From contig PAMQ01000015.1 in NCBI GenBank assembly GCA_002707365.1, positions 1 through 64,000 of the forward strand: DNA of 64,000 nt, in the 5' to 3' direction. Positions within the stretch are counted from its first letter, which is position 1. Each line of letters begins with the position of its first letter. Shown here piece by piece: positions 42,988 through 51,710 of the stretch. The notes under the pieces are model-generated. The model was not told where the DNA came from. It searched no databases and saw nothing but the letters and a program-made list of their open reading frames with translations. Source of the DNA: Trueperaceae bacterium (lineage in GTDB: Bacteria > Deinococcota > Deinococci > Deinococcales > Trueperaceae). Both the position numbers and the translations under genes were made by a program.

Positions 42988-43649
42988 TAATAAACCACGT
43001 CTGAACTAATAAAGATTCCAACAGCCTAATCTGCAAGTTAACAATTTATGTTATTGGTTAAAACTGTTTTACGGCAACAAAATGAAATTGTGATCTCTCC
43101 CCTGCCAAAGTACTTGAACTTCCTATCTCCTATCCCGCTCCCCTTAGTACACACCGTATACGGACAAAATGCCCAACTATACTTAGTAGATATCCTGGCT
43201 TATCAAGTACAAAAATCCCCCCGGTAACAATAGTAGGAACTTACCAACTACCTGAAAAACTTATTGAGGTGTGCTTATGAAGAGCCTCAGGGACACCGAC
43301 GTAAAACAAAATGAGGCAATGAACCATTGGATGAAAATATGTGTTCGCACCAACTCCTTGTAACTACTCTCATCTTCTGGGCCTCTTGGTCTACATCGAC
43401 TGTTCGATTATGGTTGCCCAAACAAACGGCTCAGAATCTGATCAAATATCTTCTACTGCATGCTGACTAAGCTGCATCCAATCGAGAAATCTTGGAGTAA
43501 CTAAATTAGGCTTACCCCTATAGAGAAAAGTCCTACACCCCCACCCAAGCCTATCTTTACTCTGGTAAGCATAGATGGGTCTTCAAGAATGTTTTGGTTT
43601 ATATCCAAGCTAGATTAGGCCCTGACAAAGGCCCTATAGATCCAAGTAT

Positions 43650-44666
43650 CTATATTTCTGCTATTAGAACAGGCCGTCCCTCACGTAAACTCTTGGTAGC
43701 TGCAACAGCAACTCGCAAAGTCTCAATCGCATCTTGAGTGCCCGGTTTAGTCGCCTCGCCCTTAGCTATTGTATCAACAAACACCTGTATTTCCTGCCTA
43801 TACGCATCTTCAAAACGCTCCATAAAGTAGTAATAGTAATCACCATGAATCCCAGCCTCATCGTAACGCCAGATCTTAGTTTGGCGTTCATCTTCGGCGA
43901 CGAGCTTACCTTTCTCGCAGTGAACTTCAACCCGCAAATCATAACCGTGTGGAGTGCGCCGTGAATTCTGAATCACCCCAATCGCCTCATTCTCAAATTC
44001 GAGCGTCAAGATGCTAATGTCAATGTCTTGGTGTTTCCCGTATGAAGGATCTATCAGGTTACGACCGAGCGCAGTCACTTGACGTACCTCGCCAACCATA
44101 TAACGAGCTACATCTATATCGTGAATAACGCTATCAATGTAGATGCCGCCTGAAGAGGCAATATAGGACTCTGGTGGTGGCATAGGATCACTAGACTGGC
44201 TACGGAACATCTCGATCTTACCCATCTCACCACCGTGAAGGCGACTCGCGATATCGGCATAACCGGTATCAAAACGACGATTAAACCCAATCTGAAAAGC
44301 CAGTCCCTTTTCTTCAACTAGCCTCATCACACTTCGCGTTTCCTCAATATCAAGGGCTACTGGCTTTTCACAAAAAATAGCCTTTCCAGCATCCGCCACG
44401 CATCGGATATGATCACTGTGTAAAGAAGTGATTGAGGCAATGAGTACGACGTCGATTTTTGGATCACCTAACAATCGATCCAAATCTTGCGTTGCGTAAG
44501 AATCGCCATATGCGTGTTTCTCGGCAGTCGCAAGGTCAACATCCATAACAGCAATAAGTTCAGCACCTACTATACGACTCGCTATGTTACGAGCGTGCAG
44601 CGAACCTATCCGGCCTGCACCTAGAATACCAAAACCAAGCGCCGGGGTATTTCCCATTTCGACCAC
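43650..44666 (-). CDS. Gfo/Idh/MocA-family NAD(P)-dependent oxidoreductase
   Basis: FGILGAGRIGSLHARNIA Rossmann N-terminus and MocA C-terminal alpha/beta domain. Confidence 0.85.
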   Translation of the reverse strand: MVEMGNTPALGFGILGAGRIGSLHARNIASRIVGAELIAVMDVDLATAEKHAYGDSYATQDLDRLLGDPKIDVVLIASITSLHSDHIRCVADAGKAIFCEKPVALDIEETRSVMRLVEEKGLAFQIGFNRRFDTGYADIASRLHGGEMGKIEMFRSQSSDPMPPPESYIASSGGIYIDSVIHDIDVARYMVGEVRQVTALGRNLIDPSYGKHQDIDISILTLEFENEAIGVIQNSRRTPHGYDLRVEVHCEKGKLVAEDERQTKIWRYDEAGIHGDYYYYFMERFEDAYRQEIQVFVDTIAKGEATKPGTQDAIETLRVAVAATKSLREGRPVLIAEI

Positions 44667-44866
44667 CTCAAATCGTTAAAAATTCACCTTACAATCAAAT
44701 TATCCAGTTCAAGAATTACAAAAACTATCTAAACTATTAGATCTACTAATTAGATAGCTTCTCATATCCTTAATTCAAAAGACAAGGTACATCTAATAAA
44801 TGTGTAACACTTCCTAACAGTCTCATACTCTAAGTACGACTCCTTACGCATAATAGAAGGTAGGAT

Positions 44867-45595
44867 TTGATGAAAGAAATAACCTCACAATTAGAGCAAT
44901 TAAAAGAGTTTGATACCCCATCAATCACCAACGTTGTTGCTACATACCCTGGCGACCCTCTCTGCTTAGGACTATATAATCCGTGGACGGAGAATTGGTA
45001 TACGGACCAAACTATAAAAAGCATGTATCCAAATCTAGGAGTACGTGTCGGATATGCGGTCACGTGCGTATTCGGACTACCAGACCCAAACTACAATCGT
45101 CTTTCATTTATGAATGTACTGGATGCGATAGACTCAATCAACGGCCCTACGGTCCTTGCGCTGGAACAGAAATTTCCTCCCGAAATTGCAAATAAGGTAG
45201 GCCTTGCTGGCGGGAACATGGTATCGGCCATGAGAGCCATCGGTTGTGTTGGCATGATTTCTAACGGCCCTTCGCGAGATATTGATGAGGTTAGAGAAAT
45301 GGACTTCCAGTATCTTATAAGTGGGGTCACACCTGGGCATGGAAACCAAGCCGTCCACGCTATCAATATCCCCGTATCTGTGGCTGGAATGGATGTTGCT
45401 CCCGGAGAAATCATCCATATGGACGAAAACGGGGCATGCAAATTTCCCGCAAACCGGATAGATGAAGTCCTTGCTAATGCACGTGCATTACGAACGGAAG
45501 AAAGCGATCGTATATCTAAACTTCGAAAAGCTAGTAGCGCGCAAGAGCTTCGATCAATTTTCGGAGGTCAATCTTATGGGACTGAAGAGGATTAG
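44867..45595 (+). CDS. RraA-like family protein (RraA / 4-hydroxy-4-methyl-2-oxoglutarate aldolase fold)
   Basis: GLAGGNMVSAMRAIGCVGMISNGPSRDIDEVREMDF matches the RraA-family core (G..A...G..G.V.DG..RD..E); function not assignable. Confidence 0.6.
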   Translation: MMKEITSQLEQLKEFDTPSITNVVATYPGDPLCLGLYNPWTENWYTDQTIKSMYPNLGVRVGYAVTCVFGLPDPNYNRLSFMNVLDAIDSINGPTVLALEQKFPPEIANKVGLAGGNMVSAMRAIGCVGMISNGPSRDIDEVREMDFQYLISGVTPGHGNQAVHAINIPVSVAGMDVAPGEIIHMDENGACKFPANRIDEVLANARALRTEESDRISKLRKASSAQELRSIFGGQSYGTEED

Positions 45596-46058
45596 GTAGG
45601 CAAGTACAACGCGGTGGCTCTGTCAATCTTACGGACAGAAGCCACATTAAGGTTGAGATACTTTGTTTAAAGCCTAATCCTAAAACAAATAACCTCAGCC
45701 ACTCACTTCCATGTGCATAACAAAATAACGCCCTTCCCAAGAAGGGTTCTAGCAAATAACATTAAAATCAAGTCCCAATTTCATAATGTTAAAAGTGACG
45801 AAGCAAGTCATACTGATCCTAAGGCTCGTTCAACATGTTCTCCTTAAAAACTCTTAGTGACTAAATACTCCTGAACTCCTAACCATACAGTGACTACTTC
45901 TCAAACGGTAACCCAAAGAAAATTCTACATACATTGGAAATAACCTTTGACGTGACAATTCGGGAACAAACATCTTTAATTGAAGTACCTCAGGAGCTCT
46001 TGGTGTTACCAGGAAGACTCACGGCTAACAAAGCGAGTACGCGGTAAACTAATAAACA

Positions 46059-47174
46059 ATGATTGACCAATTAGAAAATCTTCAAGCTGAGTTCAACTCC
46101 CTTGAGCTAAGTCTTGGGGACCCAGAACTTTTTCAAAATCAACCTCTGTACCTTAAGACCATGAAACGGTATAGCGACCTCAAGGGTATAGTCGGTACCT
46201 TCCGTAGTTATCAAAAAGTGATGGATAATGACGCAAAAGCACGAGAGGCACTCACGGATCCCGAATTAATAGAAATGGCTCGTGAAGAACTCGCACAATT
46301 AGAAACTGAGAAGTTGCTTCTAGAAAGAAAACTTCAACGACTATTATTACCAAAAGATCCGTTCGACCTCAAAAACGTCATCATTGAAATCCGGGCAGCT
46401 GCCGGAGGCGACGAGGCATCACTTTTCGCCGCTGAAGCCCTGGGAATGTATCGCAGATACGCTGAGTTTCTTGGTTTCCAAATTGAAATTCTAGACACAC
46501 ATGCCACAGATGTTGGTGGATTTAGTAGAGCTTCCCTAGAAGTAGCAGGTCGTGGAGCATATAGCCGTTTTAAATACGAATCTGGGGTACATCGGGTTCA
46601 GCGAGTCCCAAAGACTGAAACGCAGGGAAGAATCCATACGAGTACCATTACTGTAGCGGTCCTACCAGAAGCTCAAGATGTTGATATCGACCTCCCGACT
46701 TCGGACTACCGTGTAGACGTTTTTCGTTCAAGCGGTCCTGGTGGGCAATCTGTAAACACCACCGACTCGGCAGTCCGGTTAACCTATCTTCCTGGAACAG
46801 CTGATGAGATTATAGTCACTTGTCAGGATGGAAAAAGCCAGATTAAGAATAAGGAAAAGGCTCTTGCCGTCCTACGAGCACGACTCCTAGAACGTGAGAG
46901 GTCTAAAATGTCAGAAAAAACAAGAGAGGCTAGACTAGTCCAGATAGGAACAGGTGACAGATCCGAAAAAATACGCACCTATAACTTTCCCCAATCACGG
47001 GTCACTGACCATAGGATAGATTTCACCTCACACAACCTGCCTGAAATTTTGAACGGATCGTTAGCCGAATTGAACTCAGCTCTTAGCGAGGCGGAACAGG
47101 TATTACAGCTTCGCCTCCTTTCAAAGGGGGAGTCTGAAAATAATACGATTGGGGGGGCCGATGGCAAGGCGTGA
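46059..47174 (+). CDS. prfA: Peptide chain release factor 1
   Basis: GGQ motif SSGPGGQSVNTTDSAVRLTYLP; codon-recognition tripeptide in the PxT position reads PKT (QRVPKTETQGRIHTS); RF1-type N-terminus. Confidence 0.9.
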   Translation: MIDQLENLQAEFNSLELSLGDPELFQNQPLYLKTMKRYSDLKGIVGTFRSYQKVMDNDAKAREALTDPELIEMAREELAQLETEKLLLERKLQRLLLPKDPFDLKNVIIEIRAAAGGDEASLFAAEALGMYRRYAEFLGFQIEILDTHATDVGGFSRASLEVAGRGAYSRFKYESGVHRVQRVPKTETQGRIHTSTITVAVLPEAQDVDIDLPTSDYRVDVFRSSGPGGQSVNTTDSAVRLTYLPGTADEIIVTCQDGKSQIKNKEKALAVLRARLLERERSKMSEKTREARLVQIGTGDRSEKIRTYNFPQSRVTDHRIDFTSHNLPEILNGSLAELNSALSEAEQVLQLRLLSKGESENNTIGGADGKA

Positions 47175-47634
47175 TTTCGTCGTTGCCGCGGCAATATTGC
47201 TTGACCCTTTAGACCGGGTACTACTCGTAGGCAATGACTGGCGAGGTCAGGGGGAAGTAAGGCATACCCTGCCAGGCGGTGTGGTCGAACCTGGCGAGAG
47301 GACTACCGACGCTCTCCGCAGAGAAGTTAAAGAGGAAACGGGATTAATAATTACCCGGATCAAACACCTCGCTTATGCAGTCCATGTCGAAGATGAACGA
47401 CGTGACGACCGCGCCATATCATTTGCGTTTTCCGCTGAATATGAGGGCTTGCTTAATCCGTGCGATCCTGATGGCTTCATTGTTGAGGCACGATTTGTAA
47501 CTGTTGAAGAGGCAGCGAGAATTATACCGGTACCTCCTCTACGAGACCCACTATTAAATTATCTTTGCGATGGTAACCCTGGATGCTTTTATAATTACGG
47601 TGGATGGGACGGACGTAACCCTACAAAGGTTTAG
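47161..47634 (+). CDS. NUDIX hydrolase
   Basis: Nudix box GGVVEPGERTTDALRREVKEETGL; starts inside the 3' end of prfA (ATG 47161; the ORF track begins at 47149). Confidence 0.8.
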   Translation: MARRDFVVAAAILLDPLDRVLLVGNDWRGQGEVRHTLPGGVVEPGERTTDALRREVKEETGLIITRIKHLAYAVHVEDERRDDRAISFAFSAEYEGLLNPCDPDGFIVEARFVTVEEAARIIPVPPLRDPLLNYLCDGNPGCFYNYGGWDGRNPTKV

Positions 47635-47660
47635 CCTTCTTATCCTGCTACTCTGTTTAT

Positions 47661-48902
47661 ATGGTCGGACCATCCACTTACCCAACACAGATCACCATAT
47701 CTAACGCCATAGGCATAGTACAGGATCATGCTCCGAAAGGATCACACGAACAGGTTTCACTAGCTGACGCCCTAGGCCGAACGCTTTCGCAAAACCTGGA
47801 AAGCCTAGTCGACCACCCAAGCACCGAGAATTCCGCTATGGATGGGTATGCCTGCTATGAAGCCGATACAAAACACGCATCAAAAGAATCACCGGTCTTC
47901 CTTGAAGTGATCGGAGAAGTCCCAGCTGGACGTTCATTCACCGGAGCGTTGAGTCGTGGACAGGCTATTCGCATCTACACTGGAGGCACAGTCCCTGCAG
48001 GTGCAGATGCCATCCTCCCTATTGAATATACACAAGGGGTCGAACGGCAAGTCGCTGCCCTTCAACCTGCGACACCTAGGCACATTCGACCCCGAGCCCA
48101 AGACCTAGTCCGGGGAAACACTTACCTCACTGCTGGCACGGTAATGGATTCAGCAAGTATAGGCCTAACAGCAGCTATGGGGCATTCTATTGTAAGCGTC
48201 GTACGTCAACCCAGGGTTGGTATCCTTGCTACAGGGGATGAAGTTATCACACCAGGCAGGCCCCTGAACCCTGGACAGGTTTACAACGCTAACGCCTTTT
48301 CAATCTCTGCAATGGTTCATATGGCCGGAGGCATTCCGATAAATCTAGCTAGCGTTACAGATAATAAAATAGCCCTACAAACCGCGATCGAAAACGCATC
48401 AAGCTACGACCTATTAATCACATCCGGTGGAGTATCTATGGGGCGTTACGATTTGGTCCGGGACCTTCTTATCGAGGATGGTGTTGTACATTTTTGGAAA
48501 GTGGCAATGCAACCAGGAGGCCCAGTCATGTTCGGAAACTGGGGCAACATACCAATTATCGGGCTACCCGGGAATCCAGTTTCCAGCATGGTAGTCTTCC
48601 TCTTACTTGGTCGAGCATTCATAAGCTCCTTTCTACAATGTTCAGAAAACATTCCTTATTATTGCCTCCAAACCGCTCGAGCCGGTCAGGATTTTCGAGC
48701 TTCTACTTCGAAAGAAACTTTTCATCGAGTCAGACTAAGCTCGACACCAAATGGGACTACAGCTTACACAACTGGAAATCAAAGTTCTGGCGTCTTACGT
48801 TCTATGGTCGAAGCGGATGGCTTAGCGGTATTAAAAGCTGGTAGTGTCGTATCAGAGGGGGATGTTTTATCAATTATCCCTCTAAGGCCTTATATCGGTT
48901 GA
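47661..48902 (+). CDS. moeA: Molybdopterin molybdenumtransferase
   Basis: SAMDGYA...GDEV...SGGVSMG MoeA/gephyrin E-domain motifs. Confidence 0.85.
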   Translation: MVGPSTYPTQITISNAIGIVQDHAPKGSHEQVSLADALGRTLSQNLESLVDHPSTENSAMDGYACYEADTKHASKESPVFLEVIGEVPAGRSFTGALSRGQAIRIYTGGTVPAGADAILPIEYTQGVERQVAALQPATPRHIRPRAQDLVRGNTYLTAGTVMDSASIGLTAAMGHSIVSVVRQPRVGILATGDEVITPGRPLNPGQVYNANAFSISAMVHMAGGIPINLASVTDNKIALQTAIENASSYDLLITSGGVSMGRYDLVRDLLIEDGVVHFWKVAMQPGGPVMFGNWGNIPIIGLPGNPVSSMVVFLLLGRAFISSFLQCSENIPYYCLQTARAGQDFRASTSKETFHRVRLSSTPNGTTAYTTGNQSSGVLRSMVEADGLAVLKAGSVVSEGDVLSIIPLRPYIG

Positions 48903-49477
48903 CCCTCATCCATTCTTCCCATTAACTGAGCAGTTTCTGCTGCTAGTCCTGACCCACCCAGCTCATTGACCAGAGCGAAGCAAAGGTTAAAACTGGATTC
49001 ATCTGTGGCTGCACACCATATACCAGAAGGATTTCTAAGTTCTGGAACTGATAGGTTTTGACCCACTTCATACTCCTCTAACCTTTCCCGAAGATAGTCA
49101 GGACCACAAACATTTTGATTCCTCAACAAACCAGCTTCCCCGAGCAAAAGAGACCCGCTCGAGATTGAAACAACATAAGATGCCTGAGAAGCTGCCCTTT
49201 TAAGAAACTCGATAATTGAATTGTTTCTTCGGGCTCTTTCCACCCCAACGCCCCCAGGAACAAACAGGACATCGATCTGTGGCACGCTCGCGAAAGCCCA
49301 GGTGGGCGTAAGAATCACTTCTGAGACTGTTTGAACAGAAAGTCGGGACCGAGCAACCGTGAACACTGCCAGCTCAGAATCGCTTCCCTGTAAGCGTTTA
49401 GCAGTCCCCATGACCGAAATGGGAGCAACGACCCCAAGTTCACTCACGTGATGATAGATAAGGACCGCTACATTCAT
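48890..49477 (-). CDS. DJ-1/PfpI-family protein lacking the nucleophile cysteine (Cys position is Ser)
   Basis: VAVLIYHHVSELGVVAPISVM and YVVSISSGSLLLGEAGLL align with DJ-1/PfpI (VAAICHGPQILISAGVL), but the nucleophile-elbow Cys and the following His are both Ser. Confidence 0.65.
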   Translation of the reverse strand: MNVAVLIYHHVSELGVVAPISVMGTAKRLQGSDSELAVFTVARSRLSVQTVSEVILTPTWAFASVPQIDVLFVPGGVGVERARRNNSIIEFLKRAASQASYVVSISSGSLLLGEAGLLRNQNVCGPDYLRERLEEYEVGQNLSVPELRNPSGIWCAATDESSFNLCFALVNELGGSGLAAETAQLMGRMDEGQPI

Positions 49478-49580
49478 CTGACCATCATAGCTGCTAGGTT
49501 CTTTATGTTATTCCCCGATGCTGAAGCTCAACCACCTGATCTAATTCATATTAGTTCTAACAGGAGCAAAATGCCATTAA

Positions 49581-49910
49581 TTACTCATCCAAATCGTTTG
49601 ACAGACCTTCGAGGAATCCTTCTATCTGCTCTCCTCTGTAATCAGTCACAGAATCCTTAATCAACTCCAATGCCCTAGGTGATTCACATTCAGGCACAAG
49701 TACATAGGCGGTCCCAAACTGATCTTCATTATTTGACTCACTAAGCTCATTCTCTTCCAACGTACAGATAATGACTGAAATGCCTTCTTCTTCTAGGATA
49801 ACAGCTGCCATCTCTGCCAATGAGACAGCTGGAGAAACGTCTACTATGGTCCAAGGCTTACCTTCGAATTCAAGAGTCTCCCCTTTCATGGTGCTCCCAA
49901 AAGGGCGCAT
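49581..49910 (-). CDS. Small acidic hypothetical protein (possible DUF2007-like fold)
   Basis: 109-aa ORF, Glu/Asp-rich, no diagnostic motif; overlaps the first 25 nt of the upstream M20 peptidase ORF; coding status uncertain. Confidence 0.35.
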   Translation of the reverse strand: MRPFGSTMKGETLEFEGKPWTIVDVSPAVSLAEMAAVILEEEGISVIICTLEENELSESNNEDQFGTAYVLVPECESPRALELIKDSVTDYRGEQIEGFLEGLSNDLDE

Positions 49911-51052
49911 GCTAAATCAGCATAAATTTGCCTCGCAATTATTAGATGCTCGACTGAAATAGACTCTTTAGTAGTGTGAGCAAGTTCCTCTTCGCCCGGT
50001 CCAAACCCAATTACTGGAGCACCAAACCGGGAAAGCTGAGGAGCGTCAGTACAAAACCACCACACCCCTTCCTTAAATTCTATATTTTTACTCGACATCC
50101 CAACTTTAATCGCTTCCCTAGCTCGATTCACAGCTATGTTCTCACCCGGAGCAAGGTATGGGCTTATCGTCTTACTAGTGCGAAGTCGCACTTTACTATT
50201 CTCGGTGACAGATTCCACTACTGGTATAGACCAAACAATATCGTCATCGAGCATACCTATACGGTTCAGGATATCTTCTGGCTCATCACCAGGAATGTTT
50301 CGATAATCTATGGTTATCTCAACCGAGCCAGGAACAACATTTGTACTCCCATCAGGAAAGCTTACTATCCTCGTAGGGGTTGCACTAGACCTCTGCAGGG
50401 GACCACCCTTGGGCAATGCTAGGCCCTCTAACTTATTCAGGAAATCTGCAGCCCGACTTATAGCATTCAATCCTAACTCAGCTCTAGCGGCATGAGCATT
50501 TCGCCCTGGAACCACGCCATGAAGCTCGACCCTTCCACGATGGCCTAGTTTCAGTGAAAGTTTGCTTGGCTCACCTAGTATGACCAAATCTGGTCGCAAG
50601 GTCTCTGCTGCATGATATGACCCGAGACCACCAACCTCTTCAAGGACAACTCCCGTCACAATAAGGGTTCCCTTGAATCCACGGTTACGAGCATCAATCG
50701 CTGCATAAGCCATACAAGCAACAGCCGATTTCATATCACAGGCACCGCGACCCCAAAGCCTTCCCTGACTTACTATGCCTGATAGCGGGGGATGGATCCA
50801 CTCGTCTTCATCGCCTAAGGGCACAGTGTCGAGATGCCCGTTGAACATCAATGAGGGTCCCTTACCAGCCCGGAGAATCCCTACAGCGTTACCTGCCTCG
50901 TCAAGATAGGCTTCATCAAACCCTAGATCTTTTAATGCCGAGACAAACAAGACTGTAGCTCGACTCTCAGCACCTGAGGGACTGAAGATCCGGATTAATG
51001 ATTGAGCGAGCGCGACTTCCTCGTTCATTGCCAACATCATACGATGCGACAC
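49886..51052 (-). CDS. M20-family metallopeptidase (ArgE/DapE/CPG2-like deacylase)
   Basis: MFNGHLDTVPLGDEDEW (metal-binding HxD...D), GRGACDMK catalytic segment and dimerisation domain. Confidence 0.85.
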   Translation of the reverse strand: MSHRMMLAMNEEVALAQSLIRIFSPSGAESRATVLFVSALKDLGFDEAYLDEAGNAVGILRAGKGPSLMFNGHLDTVPLGDEDEWIHPPLSGIVSQGRLWGRGACDMKSAVACMAYAAIDARNRGFKGTLIVTGVVLEEVGGLGSYHAAETLRPDLVILGEPSKLSLKLGHRGRVELHGVVPGRNAHAARAELGLNAISRAADFLNKLEGLALPKGGPLQRSSATPTRIVSFPDGSTNVVPGSVEITIDYRNIPGDEPEDILNRIGMLDDDIVWSIPVVESVTENSKVRLRTSKTISPYLAPGENIAVNRAREAIKVGMSSKNIEFKEGVWWFCTDAPQLSRFGAPVIGFGPGEEELAHTTKESISVEHLIIARQIYADLACALLGAP

Positions 51053-51208
51053 TAGGACCGCGTTATCTTCGCATAACCACCAGGATAAAAATCACCACCA
51101 TTTAAACCTATTTTAAAGATAGACTTCGTTGACACAAGATCTATTTTTATAAGACTTGTTCCTTTTAAGCCCGATCTTCCGTATTAATAGATTAGGCCAA
51201 TAACGCTA

Positions 51209-51514
51209 CTAGTCAGGAATCCATTGCCACTCATTTAAGTTCACTCTTTCTCCGTCAAACAACACTCCTTCATCCTTGAGAATTTCTTTCTGTAATTCCT
51301 CAATTCCAAGTTTGTAGGTTGAAATACCGCCAGAGGAATTTATCACACGTTGCCAGGGCACATCATCCATGAAACCTTTGCTGCGAAGCAAATTCCTTAC
51401 TTGCCTTGCAGCACCTGGCCTCCCAGCTAGTTCCGCTACTTGACCATAGGTAGCTACCTTTCCCACCGTAATACCCCAAACAATCTTAAGCACATTATCT
51501 TCAAATCCAGTCAC
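51209..51514 (-). CDS. atl: Alkyltransferase-like protein (Atl; MGMT DNA-binding domain with Trp in place of the acceptor Cys)
   Basis: TYGQVAELAGRPGAARQVRNLL...VPWQRVINSSGGIS aligns with the MGMT C-terminal domain (TYGELA..GRPGAARAVG...VPCHRVI) but has PWQRV instead of PCHRV; only 101 aa, no N-terminal domain. Confidence 0.75.
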   Translation of the reverse strand: MTGFEDNVLKIVWGITVGKVATYGQVAELAGRPGAARQVRNLLRSKGFMDDVPWQRVINSSGGISTYKLGIEELQKEILKDEGVLFDGERVNLNEWQWIPD

Positions 51515-51710
51515 AATTCGTAATAGCTTAAGTCGGCTTAAAAAATATCAAAATGCTTGGAGAATAACGCTAGAACGCGCAATCCAAATGCTGAAACCAT
51601 TTTTTTTAAATCGATCAGAGCTTTGCTACTCTGGGTCGTCCCAAGGTATGGTGTCAAGTCGGTTTAGAAATTCCATGCCTTGAGATCCGGCAGAAGATGA
51701 GGTCAAATCC

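Noticed and set aside
42911-43650. Integrated prophage or genomic island at tRNA-Arg(CCT)
   Set aside because: No integrase, no phage genes and no direct repeat of the tRNA 3' end are present; only a short AT-rich ORF-free spacer, reported as a low-confidence finding instead
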